Shown here: piece by piece, positions 29,337 through 38,128 of the stretch
Layout of the letters: every line of letters starts with the position of its first letter
Position numbering within the stretch: position 1 is the stretch's first letter
DNA from: Candidatus Blackburnbacteria bacterium
Lineage (GTDB): Bacteria > Patescibacteriota > Microgenomatia > UBA8517 > UBA10165
NCBI GenBank assembly: GCA_016183565.1
Contig: JACPEJ010000004.1
Location: 41,178 to 105,177 of the forward strand
DNA length: 64,000 nucleotides
Direction of reading: 5' to 3'
Program-made: the position numbers and the translations under genes
The notes under the pieces: model-generated
Databases searched by the model: none
Seen by the model: the letters and a program-made list of their open reading frames with translations, nothing else
What the model was told of the DNA's origin: nothing

Positions 29337-30665
29337 TTATGGTACTGGGAATTTTTGACACAAGTCTTTTACTTTTCCGGCAATCTCTTGCAGCACCTTA
29401 TTTCCTTTTATCCGTACTTTAAACTCTTTTAAGAAAGCTTGTTTTCCGTCTTTGTCTTCGGGCAATTTTTCATTCTCAACCTCCCCGACCGCCTTAATAA
29501 TCCACTCTGCGATTTTGGTCATTTCTGTTTCTCCCATGCCGCGGGTTGTGACAGCAGGGGTTCCCAAGCGGATACCCGAGGGATAGAATGGCGAAGTATC
29601 ACCTGGAATACTATTTTTGTTACACACAATTCTTGCTTTTTCCAGAGCTTCGGCAACAACATTTCCAGAAAGCCCGTTGGGTCTCAAGTCCACAAGCATC
29701 AGGTGGCTTTCTGTCCCACCGCCGATCAGTTTTAGCCTTGCAAGGGGACGCCTTGCAAGGCTAGAGCCCTCCTGCAGCGCTTGAGCTAGAACTTTGGCAT
29801 TGGCAACCACTTGCTTAGCATATTTTTTGAATTCCGGAGTGTCTGCTTCAAAAAGAGCCTGGGCGATACCGGCGGTTGTGTTGTTATGGGGTCCACCTTG
29901 CAACCCAGGAAATACTGCTCTATCTATGTCTTCCCCCAACTTCCCATACTTCCCCAATCCCTTCTCAGTTACCATAATCATCGCACCCCTTGGCCCCCGT
30001 AATGTTTTATGCGTCGTAGTCGTGACAATATGTGCATACGGAAAAGGAGAAGGATAAACGTTACCAATAATAAGTCCGACAACATGAGCAATATCGGCAA
30101 CTAAGTAGGCACCAACTGAATCGGCAATTTCGCCAAAAAGCTTCCAGTCTAGAGCAAGAGGGTAAGCAGTAGTGCCAATAATTATCACTCTTGGTTTTTC
30201 TGCCTTCGCAAGAGCTTGAACCTTTTTGTAATCTATGGTTCCATCTCCCTCGACACCAAATTGCACAGAACGAAAATACTTTCCAGAAAAAGTGATCTTC
30301 GGTTGGCCGTGAGTAAGATGGCCACCTGAAGCAAGTTCCATGCCCATGATAGTGTCACCCGGCTCACAGAGAGCGAATAAAACCGCTGAGTTTGCAGGAC
30401 TTCCGGAATAAGGTTGGACATTAGCATGAGGAACGTTAAAAAGTTTTTTTGCCCGTTCTATTGCTAAACGTTCCACTTCATCAACGAGATCATTTCCTTG
30501 GTAGTATCGCCTCCCTGGATAACCTTCAGAGTATTTATTGGAAAGCACACTACCAACTGCCTCTCGGACAGCTCTTGAAGCATAGTTTTCGGAAGGAATT
30601 AGGGTTAGTGTATTCTCCTGCCGTTTTTCTTCTCGAGTTATAAGTTCCTGAAGATGTTTGTCCAC
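29337..30665 (-). CDS. glyA: Serine hydroxymethyltransferase
   Basis: SEN, NKYSEGYPG.RYY, TTTHKTLRGPRG, SGIRLGT. Confidence 0.96.
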   Translation of the reverse strand: MDKHLQELITREEKRQENTLTLIPSENYASRAVREAVGSVLSNKYSEGYPGRRYYQGNDLVDEVERLAIERAKKLFNVPHANVQPYSGSPANSAVLFALCEPGDTIMGMELASGGHLTHGQPKITFSGKYFRSVQFGVEGDGTIDYKKVQALAKAEKPRVIIIGTTAYPLALDWKLFGEIADSVGAYLVADIAHVVGLIIGNVYPSPFPYAHIVTTTTHKTLRGPRGAMIMVTEKGLGKYGKLGEDIDRAVFPGLQGGPHNNTTAGIAQALFEADTPEFKKYAKQVVANAKVLAQALQEGSSLARRPLARLKLIGGGTESHLMLVDLRPNGLSGNVVAEALEKARIVCNKNSIPGDTSPFYPSGIRLGTPAVTTRGMGETEMTKIAEWIIKAVGEVENEKLPEDKDGKQAFLKEFKVRIKGNKVLQEIAGKVKDLCQKFPVP

Positions 30666-30701
30666 AAGTGTATTTTAACACTCAGAGAAGGTGAGACAAA
30701 A

Positions 30702-32468
30702 TTAGAAGGTCCAGGGATAGGTTGGTCCGGGTCTAATTCTTTGTTTCATCTTGAGTCGGAGATATTCATAAATTATTGGTTGCACTTCCTTTACTTGATC
30801 TAAAACTGGCCACATAAGCCTGCGGATAAAAGGATGAGCTGTTGGTCCGGTGCGCAAATCCCACAGATGGTAACCCTGGCGCAGATTGTATTTAGCAACC
30901 GTAGGCCTGTAATGAAGTCTTGTGACACAATAGTGAGCAGTGTATGGATCGACTTGGTAAACTGCGTTAAATAATCCTTCTACTTCTCCCATCACGCGTT
31001 TTATTGCCCCCACAGCGCCATGGAATTGTGGGTCAGATGACTCATCCATTTCTTGGGCAAGAGGTGGAATCATATACCCCCAGCGAACATCAAGGTCTTT
31101 TATGTAATACGACTGTATTCTGTGACGTTTATATTCTCGCAAATCACCATATGTCATTCCGGGATAGTCGACAATATAATCTCCGGGCATTTCTAAAGCT
31201 CTAATAGGCGCATCGTGCGTCCCTAAGCCCCCAAGGAGTTTTTCCATTACTCGACGTTTTTCACCAAGGTCCATTTTACCAACAAGTTCCATCAACTTCC
31301 CAAACGAGCCGGTGCGAGCATCTTGAAAAAGCGCTGTTGCAATCAATTTATCGTCAGCTCGGGGATCTGCTTCTAAAACAACTGCTGGTTTTCGGTCTTC
31401 TCTGAACTCAGGGATATATCCTTGGAAGCGAGTTTCTTCTGCGAGTTGACCTATTCCTCGACGTGCTGCCACTAGGTACTCGTTTCGGTCTGCATATCTA
31501 ACAAGAGTTGGTGCTACCCTTAGCGATTGTTCCTTGATAAGGCTGCCAAGTGACCGAATTGAAGGATATGGAGAAGATAGGAATTTTTGGATTAAATGTT
31601 CTGCTGTACGAGCGTTTAAGGTAATACCAACACTTGTAAGGCGAGACGCAGGTAACAAATTTTTCATTTGATCTGCGACTGTTTTTGTCATTACTTTTCT
31701 GGTCGGCCATTTGGCCCTTGCTTCATCAGTTTGGATATAGCCCATGCCCTTAACCATTAATAAATCGTTAAGCTCAAAAAGCATTGCGTGCACTTGATGC
31801 CAACGGGCTGACAACACCGGATCCTGTTTTACAACATCAGGAGTGTAATAACCAACATCTTGTCTTCCTTTAAATCGAGCTGAAAACTCAGTAAATGATG
31901 CTAGACGGTTGTCCGTTACCCAATCACCGTCTAGGGAAGGTATTCCTTCAACAGCTAAGTGGATAATGGCATGTTCAGCAACTGAGGCATGGCCGTACCC
32001 TTCCACACTTACTGTCCATTTTCTATGAAACTCTCGGGCACCTTCTTCGGTAATTGCGCGGCCGTGTTCCTCAATTGACCCTGGCTCTCGCGAGACGCGG
32101 GCGAGCATAACAGCTAGTTCTTCCTCTGTTCGGAGAGCGTGAGTGATAAAATCTATTTCCTTGGGATATGCTTGTTCTCCGTCTTTTATTGCATCGTCAA
32201 GTAAGGCTGCTGCGGCAAATAGACCTGTGAAAGAAATTCTGTCTTCTTGGAAAGCTATCAAAGATTCGTGCAATACTTTGCCCACGTCGGAGAAACGTCC
32301 CACGCGCAATCCCCATGCCGCAGCGGAATCAACAAGCTTGCGTTTTAACTCGGGGGTAAAACCTAGTGGATAGACACAAACAGAAGTGTCGGCAGCAACC
32401 AATCCCTCGCGAACTTCTTGTGGTTGTACTTGGGCTATTCTTTGTTCTCTTTGTTCTGCTGTTGCCAT
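30702..32468 (-). CDS. thyX: Double-domain ThyX-family flavin-dependent thymidylate synthase (paralogue A)
   Basis: GYGHASVAEH and NRLASFTEFSARF in domain 1; KRHRIQ and LRT..AHPFIR in domain 2. Confidence 0.8.
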   Translation of the reverse strand: MATAEQREQRIAQVQPQEVREGLVAADTSVCVYPLGFTPELKRKLVDSAAAWGLRVGRFSDVGKVLHESLIAFQEDRISFTGLFAAAALLDDAIKDGEQAYPKEIDFITHALRTEEELAVMLARVSREPGSIEEHGRAITEEGAREFHRKWTVSVEGYGHASVAEHAIIHLAVEGIPSLDGDWVTDNRLASFTEFSARFKGRQDVGYYTPDVVKQDPVLSARWHQVHAMLFELNDLLMVKGMGYIQTDEARAKWPTRKVMTKTVADQMKNLLPASRLTSVGITLNARTAEHLIQKFLSSPYPSIRSLGSLIKEQSLRVAPTLVRYADRNEYLVAARRGIGQLAEETRFQGYIPEFREDRKPAVVLEADPRADDKLIATALFQDARTGSFGKLMELVGKMDLGEKRRVMEKLLGGLGTHDAPIRALEMPGDYIVDYPGMTYGDLREYKRHRIQSYYIKDLDVRWGYMIPPLAQEMDESSDPQFHGAVGAIKRVMGEVEGLFNAVYQVDPYTAHYCVTRLHYRPTVAKYNLRQGYHLWDLRTGPTAHPFIRRLMWPVLDQVKEVQPIIYEYLRLKMKQRIRPGPTYPWTF

Positions 32469-32470
32469 AT

Positions 32471-33010
32471 TTAAACTTGCTTTTCTCGGGCAGTTGCTGC
32501 AACACGGCCACCTTGCCACTGCCCTCTGTAGTTTGAACCACCACCTGAGACTTCGGAAAACTGAATGTGTGCAACTCGTGCACCCATTTCGATTGTAACC
32601 GGAACGGGCCCAGTATTTTTCAATCCAAAAATAAGTTTTCCTTTGTATCCTGGTGCAACTTGGGTTGCCATAAAATTAACTCCACTTCTAAAAAGTGTGG
32701 ATCTGGGGAAATTTCGCGCTGTTAAGTTGTCGGGTAAAGAAACTTCCTCCATGGTTTCCATAAGAACAAAATCATTAGGTTGAATAGTATATGAAGATTT
32801 TTGGTTTTCCTGATATTCAGCGACAACTTCTTCCTTAGGGGTCTGTCGTTCGTCAACTCCCAAAAAAGCTTCGCCTGAGATTTTAAACAATCTGCCTATC
32901 CGAAGATCAAAACCTGCACCTTCCGGATTTGCAAGTTCCCTTTCGCAAAGATTTTGAACAAGGTTTTTAGTTTTAACTAGTTCTAAAAGTTTAGTTGGTC
33001 CGAGTGGCAT
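32471..33010 (-). CDS. dUTPase/dCTP deaminase superfamily protein (archaeal-like)
   Basis: GFDLR, PRSTLFRSG, APGYKG, YRGQWQ. Confidence 0.8.
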   Translation of the reverse strand: MPLGPTKLLELVKTKNLVQNLCERELANPEGAGFDLRIGRLFKISGEAFLGVDERQTPKEEVVAEYQENQKSSYTIQPNDFVLMETMEEVSLPDNLTARNFPRSTLFRSGVNFMATQVAPGYKGKLIFGLKNTGPVPVTIEMGARVAHIQFSEVSGGGSNYRGQWQGGRVAATAREKQV

Positions 33011-33013
33011 ATT

Positions 33014-33652
33014 TTAAATTTGAGCTGTATCTTGCACACCATATCTTGCCCCATCCCGACCTGAATATGGTTGCAAAGTCGGAGAACTAAGGTGAGTAAA
33101 ACTCATTGCGCAAATTGCTGCACCATGTCTACAAACAGCTGATAATGTTCCGACATTGTGTAATTCCAAAATCGGGTGTCCATCCCAACCAGCGTCGAAA
33201 AGTGGCGCTGCTTGGACCGAGACTCCACGCCTTGCAATGCTACTTTTCCCTTCCATTCTCCCGATAATATCGTCCGGAAGCGTGACCCTTTCTAGTGTAG
33301 TTGCAACAACAACTTCACCGGGATGAATTAACACTTGGCCTAGTTTTCTTACATCAATCCTTATAAAGTATTCTTCAGGAATTGGCCCTGAAAGATCAAT
33401 GTGTGTAAGCCTTGTTGCATCTACAACAAGCGCTTGGTCACCGAGATGTAAATCAACTTTGCAAGTTCCCAAGTCACTCTTTGTTCCAGTTTCAATATTA
33501 GGACACGGGTTAATCCTTATCCGACCCACCTCAACCAATCTTTTAATATCCCTATCTGATAAAGCCGCACCAAAAGGTAATTCGCAAGTTGTGCACCAGA
33601 TCCTTTGTTCTAGTTCTCTTAGCCTTTGTTCAAGAGATTCGAGTGTGGCCAT
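33014..33652 (-). CDS. dcd: dCTP deaminase
   Basis: LSDRDI, VDLHL, TLERVTLPDDI.GRMEGKSSIAR, DAGWDG..LEL. Confidence 0.8.
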   Translation of the reverse strand: MATLESLEQRLRELEQRIWCTTCELPFGAALSDRDIKRLVEVGRIRINPCPNIETGTKSDLGTCKVDLHLGDQALVVDATRLTHIDLSGPIPEEYFIRIDVRKLGQVLIHPGEVVVATTLERVTLPDDIIGRMEGKSSIARRGVSVQAAPLFDAGWDGHPILELHNVGTLSAVCRHGAAICAMSFTHLSSPTLQPYSGRDGARYGVQDTAQI

Positions 33653-34097
33653 CAGAATTAACGAGTTTTAAGACAACTGTGCAATAGTGTTGTAAGGGTT
33701 CTTCAACTTGCAGTGGCGTTTCAGGTGAGAGTGCTGTTGCTAGAGTTTTAACATCTTCCAATGTCATAGAAGTTCGAGGGTTGGTTCTAATTCTTACTTC
33801 GCATACCCTTTTAGAATATACAACTCTGGTTATTGATACTTCTCCTTCGTCCTCTAGGCACTTTCTAATCTGCTGATATTGCGAGGTAAGCACTGCAATA
33901 TTTCCAGCTCCGTGCATTAACTGTACTTTAGTATAATGTGTTTTAATTGCACTATCTGCTGAATTCACTAGTGATGCAAGAGTTCTTTGGTCTTCTCGAA
34001 GACCTTCAATGAAATGATCAAGGTGCGCAAGGCTTTCTTGGGGAATTTCTATTAGTGTAATAGAGGTTTGTGGTTCTTGTTCAGTTCTGACAGCCAT
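33630..34097 (-). CDS. Hypothetical protein heading the dcd-thyX sub-operon
   Basis: 155-aa ORF overlapping the dcd start; TTGACA upstream near 34147-34152. Confidence 0.65.
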   Translation of the reverse strand: MAVRTEQEPQTSITLIEIPQESLAHLDHFIEGLREDQRTLASLVNSADSAIKTHYTKVQLMHGAGNIAVLTSQYQQIRKCLEDEGEVSITRVVYSKRVCEVRIRTNPRTSMTLEDVKTLATALSPETPLQVEEPLQHYCTVVLKLVNSDGHTRIS

Positions 34098-34185
34098 TTT
34101 TGAATTTGGACAGTTTAGAAAGCACTCTAATACTCTAACTATTAGTTGTCAATAGTTAAAACCAGGGTACGTTTGTTGTGTTTAA

Positions 34186-35796
34186 TCAAATCAACCTCTT
34201 CGCTGTATACTCCTCAAGTTCTTCCCAATTAAAAACAGGTTGACCACACCAACGTTTATCCTCGGGACACCTGGGTCTTATTCCCGCAGCACTTCTTATT
34301 CCACAGGGGGCTAAAAACATAGACTTAGCTTCCGGCAAGACCCCCCTTAACTGCAAAGCTTGTTCACAAGATATAAAGAAAAATTCTTCTTGAGCAAGGA
34401 AACACAAACGTTGTCTTAATCTGTGAAACCAATCAAAAAGGTCCCCAGTCTCAGTTACCTTTATCACATGCGCGTTAGGTAAAAGCAAAAGCGCTTGCTC
34501 GCGGCTCATCCCGCTATCAAGACACTTATTCACTCCTTCGTAAACTCTTCCTAGAATTTTTTCGTAAGCCTCTCGCAACTGCGGAGTTTCTCGAACTACC
34601 TTAGGAATAATATAATCAGGCGTACTGTTATACATTTGGGCAACAGGCAATGTAACTCCATGAGTTCTTCTATGCCTTTGACGTTGAGAATCAGCTGTGT
34701 GTGAAAGACGAGTTATAAACGTTGCACTAACTAACCTTAAACAGTCAGTCAAATAATCAAACATTCCAACATCGTACATATCAGCCAGCAAATGGTTTTT
34801 CGCAGGATCCATGACAAGACCTAACACCTGACTATCGCTTAAATCCAAACCCCCTCCTAAAAATCTCCTCGCAGCAGCCAAGATTACACCTCGACCGTTT
34901 TGTGGGAAAGAAATAAGAAGTGACTGTCGCCCTCCAAGATGTGTGTCAAACACTTCTCTGGTAAACCGGGTGCCAAACTGAGTTGGCGCCTGTGTCGTAA
35001 AATCATTGATAGGCACTCGCAGATCTTTAATGATAGTTGGGTCCTCCTTCGCAATACTTACTATCATCTGCGCTATTACATACCTTGCCTCGTCTGTAAA
35101 ATGAGGCATTTGACTTGCCCGGAATAACCTAAGAAGCTGAAGCTCACTAAGATCGTGATAGTAGTTAGTTTTTTGTGCAATCGGTAAAACATATCTTGCA
35201 ATTTCTTGCGAGGCTTTGATAGTTCTTTCGGCAACAATTACTTCTGCCCACTTTCCCCTAGGGTGCATCGCCTTCTCACGTCTACCTACCTCAGGCTTTA
35301 AAAGTTCTAAGAGTTTAAAATAAGCACGATTCGCAAGATCCGCCGTCTCTGTGTATAACTGTCTCTGTTCACCAGAAAGACCCGTAGGGACAAGATAACT
35401 TCCTGAAACAGCTTCAACATAACGTTGACTTTGCTGCTCACTGTTGTAAAAGGGGTGGCTGTGAAATATATCGTGAGTGGCACTACGGCTTACTCCCTGA
35501 ACGAGCCATGTATACGAGACATGCTGCCGAGTAGTGTGGTGTCCTGCCTCAAGAGTACTATCAGCAATTGCTTCTGATCTCCCGTCCTGCCGCTGCCGCA
35601 TTGGAGCAATCCCAGGAGCATAACACTGGACAGATGTGGTCACTGCAACGTCCCTGGCTCCAAGCCGATTTATACCATCAGGCAGAACAAGTTTCATCTT
35701 TGGGGGATCAACCAAATTTTCTCCAAGCTTAAGATATTCACTAAGATAGGCTTCTACTGTTTTTGTTTGTAGTAATCTTTCTTTTGTTGCCGCCAT
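34186..35796 (-). CDS. thyX: Double-domain ThyX-family protein (paralogue B)
   Basis: AGHHTT.QH, SEQQSQRYV, ARYVLP, QRHR, RLCFLAQEE, C-terminal PC..CPE...CG. Confidence 0.8.
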   Translation of the reverse strand: MAATKERLLQTKTVEAYLSEYLKLGENLVDPPKMKLVLPDGINRLGARDVAVTTSVQCYAPGIAPMRQRQDGRSEAIADSTLEAGHHTTRQHVSYTWLVQGVSRSATHDIFHSHPFYNSEQQSQRYVEAVSGSYLVPTGLSGEQRQLYTETADLANRAYFKLLELLKPEVGRREKAMHPRGKWAEVIVAERTIKASQEIARYVLPIAQKTNYYHDLSELQLLRLFRASQMPHFTDEARYVIAQMIVSIAKEDPTIIKDLRVPINDFTTQAPTQFGTRFTREVFDTHLGGRQSLLISFPQNGRGVILAAARRFLGGGLDLSDSQVLGLVMDPAKNHLLADMYDVGMFDYLTDCLRLVSATFITRLSHTADSQRQRHRRTHGVTLPVAQMYNSTPDYIIPKVVRETPQLREAYEKILGRVYEGVNKCLDSGMSREQALLLLPNAHVIKVTETGDLFDWFHRLRQRLCFLAQEEFFFISCEQALQLRGVLPEAKSMFLAPCGIRSAAGIRPRCPEDKRWCGQPVFNWEELEEYTAKRLI

Positions 35797-35797
35797 A

Positions 35798-36027
35798 CTA
35801 ATTCTCAGTTAAACAAATAACTTCTACTCCCACTTCTCCAAAAAGGTTTCTTGTGTAGGGTTGATCCATGTTGTTGTAAAGCTCCCGAAATACTACTTTG
35901 CAGTTACTTCTGAGTGGACAGTTCTTGTACAATGTCCGTTTTCCATTCTGCAGCCAACTTCTGTGCAATGCGGCAAACCCCTGGGCGCACCATTGTAACC
36001 TGTTGATAGTACCATACCATCTCTTAC
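35798..36027 (-). pseudogene. dCMP deaminase (ComEB-like) relic
   Basis: One frame reads VRDGMVLSTGYNGAPRGLPHCTEVGCRMENGHCTRTVHSE, another KVVFRELY...LFGEVGVEV; N-terminus and PCxxC segment are missing. Confidence 0.8.
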
Positions 36028-36029
36028 TC

Positions 36030-36464
36030 TTATTGTTTCCCCGTGCTTCCAAAACCACCTTCGCCACGATCCGACTCAGAAAGTTCTTTTACTTCTTGAA
36101 TGTTTGCTTGTGGCGCTTGTTGCAAGATTCCTTGAGATATCTTATCACCAACCTCAATTGTGCATTCTTCTTTACCCAGGTTGATCATATTCACTCCCCA
36201 TTCGCCTCTATAGCCACTATCAATAACTCCACCTAAGTTGTGAAGTCCATATTTTGTCGCTAATCCGCTTTTGTCTCTTAAAGAAACAAACCAGTCTTCG
36301 GGAATTTCAGAAGCTATGCCAATTATAAACAAATGACGCTCGCCTGGTTTTAAAGTTTCAGTTTCTAGTGAGTAAAGGTCAAAACCAGCGTTAGTAGTGT
36401 GGGCATATTGAGGAAGTTTGGCATTAGGAGAAAGAAGTTTGAATTTAAGACTAGGGCTCTCCAT
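36030..36464 (-). CDS. dut: Trimeric dUTPase
   Basis: AGFDL, KSGLA, GVIDSGYRGE, DKISQ, RGEGGFGSTG. Confidence 0.95.
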   Translation of the reverse strand: MESPSLKFKLLSPNAKLPQYAHTTNAGFDLYSLETETLKPGERHLFIIGIASEIPEDWFVSLRDKSGLATKYGLHNLGGVIDSGYRGEWGVNMINLGKEECTIEVGDKISQGILQQAPQANIQEVKELSESDRGEGGFGSTGKQ

Positions 36465-36502
36465 GCCCTCTTTTAACAGACAACCAATAGGACTGTCAAT
36501 AA

Positions 36503-37390
36503 CTAAAATCCATACGCAGACATTGGGGAATTGCCGATCCTGCTCCTTCTCATTGCGTAAGGAAGTTTTGCGCATTGGTAGGAGCCTGGGATAGTTGTGA
36601 ATGCAGTTTTTATGCCAAGTTCTTTGAAAACTTCCTCACTGGCTTTAGTTTGTGTCCCATAAGGATAAGCGAACGCAGTGACTGGCCCTAGTCCCCGATC
36701 CTCAAGCTGCTCTTGGGCGGTTCTCACTTCATACTTGAGCTTTTCTTCATCCGCACTGCTTAGGTTCTTGTGTGACCACGTGTGGTTTGCGAACGTAATA
36801 AGTCCTGAACCTGCCATTTCTCGAATTTGGTCCCAAGTTAGGTAGTCGGCGCCACCAACAAGTCCGGTTACTATAAAGACTGTTGCAGCTAAGTTGTTTT
36901 TAACAAGTTCAGGGTAGGCGTAGGTATAAAAGTCTCTATAGCCGTCGTCGAAAGTTATAAGTATTGGTTTCCCCGGAAGTGTTCCTGTTAAACCTGCCAA
37001 AAGCTGGTCTGGGGTTAGGGTTGTGTATCCTTTTCCTGCAAGGTAGGCCATTTGGTTTGTAAAGGAGTCATTGGTAACGCTAATATTCTTTTGGTTTTTG
37101 GCCATGGCTTCTTCTAGTGGCTGGATATGATGGTAAAGGATAGCCGGGATGTTTTTGCAAGGACCATACACTTTCGGGTCAGGAAGAGGGATGGGGGTTG
37201 GGGTGGGAGTAGGAGACACAGGTACAGACACAGGCACAGATACAGGGGTAGGAGTTATTAACAGTTCCGCCTTTTTACTATTTTCTGTATCTATATCTGT
37301 ATCTGTGTCTCTGAGGAGGGCCGATCCAGAAATAATGAGTAAACCACCTAACCCCAGGACTATTAAACCAATTAGTCTTTTCTTTCCCAC
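36503..37390 (-). CDS. Membrane-anchored polysaccharide deacetylase (CE4)
   Basis: ILYHHI, ITFDDGY, NHTWSH, FAYPYG. Confidence 0.9.
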   Translation of the reverse strand: MGKKRLIGLIVLGLGGLLIISGSALLRDTDTDIDTENSKKAELLITPTPVSVPVSVPVSPTPTPTPIPLPDPKVYGPCKNIPAILYHHIQPLEEAMAKNQKNISVTNDSFTNQMAYLAGKGYTTLTPDQLLAGLTGTLPGKPILITFDDGYRDFYTYAYPELVKNNLAATVFIVTGLVGGADYLTWDQIREMAGSGLITFANHTWSHKNLSSADEEKLKYEVRTAQEQLEDRGLGPVTAFAYPYGTQTKASEEVFKELGIKTAFTTIPGSYQCAKLPYAMRRSRIGNSPMSAYGF

Positions 37391-37408
37391 AAGGCAAAGT
37401 TTAACATC

Positions 37409-37840
37409 TTACGGAAGGACTTTAAATCCTGCACGAGCAAAATCTCGGTCAAAAGTAAAAACCTCTATAAGACCTAAACGCTTCATAACAGCAAAGCTTG
37501 TACAGTCAGTATAAGAAACACCTCGTCCGGGAAGTTCTTTAAAGAATTTCCATGCTTCAACTTCGTCTTGTGCTAACACCCGTTGTGGTCTTTTAAATCC
37601 TGGGGAAATATTAATTCGTTGTTTAAACTTTATAGCAGGCTCTCTTCCCAGTCTTACTCGAAGGAGAGTATAAGTTTCGTCTAGTACAAAGTTTGTGGTC
37701 AGTACTGGTTGTTTTTGCTTAGAAAGACGGCCCCAGAGCTTACGTGCTTGTGAGTTAAAGTCATCGGAAAAGTCAATAAGAGCCTTGAAAGCACTGGTAT
37801 CAACAAAAATTGTGGTGGTTTTTATTTTTTGGTTTTCCAA
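37409..37840 (-). CDS. PIN-domain (VapC) toxin
   Basis: IFVDTSAF, VLDETYT, SYTDCTSF, FTFDRDF. Confidence 0.9.
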   Translation of the reverse strand: MENQKIKTTTIFVDTSAFKALIDFSDDFNSQARKLWGRLSKQKQPVLTTNFVLDETYTLLRVRLGREPAIKFKQRINISPGFKRPQRVLAQDEVEAWKFFKELPGRGVSYTDCTSFAVMKRLGLIEVFTFDRDFARAGFKVLP

Positions 37841-38085
37841 TCTTCGGTATAAATATATTTATCGTGGTTGATTGCACCATCACGGTCACCGCTTTTGTAT
37901 TTTTTAAACTCACGAGGGTCAAAAAGGAACTTTTTGCTGGTCTTCTTGGAAGGGTACATTGTTCTCTCTATGAGAGAATCGTAAATATATGCAGAAAAAC
38001 TTAATCCTTCGGCTTTTGCCAAGCTCTTATATTTCTCCATTTCTTCCTTCGGCAATCGAATAACAGTAGGCACTAAACTAGACAT
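37822..38085 (-). CDS. RHH-type antitoxin
   Basis: TVIRLP...LAKAEGLSFSAYI, NHDKYIY; upstream of vapC; GTGATATCAC repeats in promoter. Confidence 0.8.
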   Translation of the reverse strand: MSSLVPTVIRLPKEEMEKYKSLAKAEGLSFSAYIYDSLIERTMYPSKKTSKKFLFDPREFKKYKSGDRDGAINHDKYIYTEDWKTKK

Positions 38086-38128
38086 AAGTGATATCACGAT
38101 ATCACCTAGTGTAATAATTGTCAAGGGC

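Noticed and set aside
35798-36067. 89-aa ORF as an intact novel gene
   Set aside because: It is better explained as an out-of-frame read-through of the dCMP deaminase relic.
37190-37312. PT/PVS/DT repeats in the deacetylase as a mobile insertion
   Set aside because: They cannot be distinguished from an ordinary low-complexity linker, although the hexamer periodicity may belong to the same repeat process.
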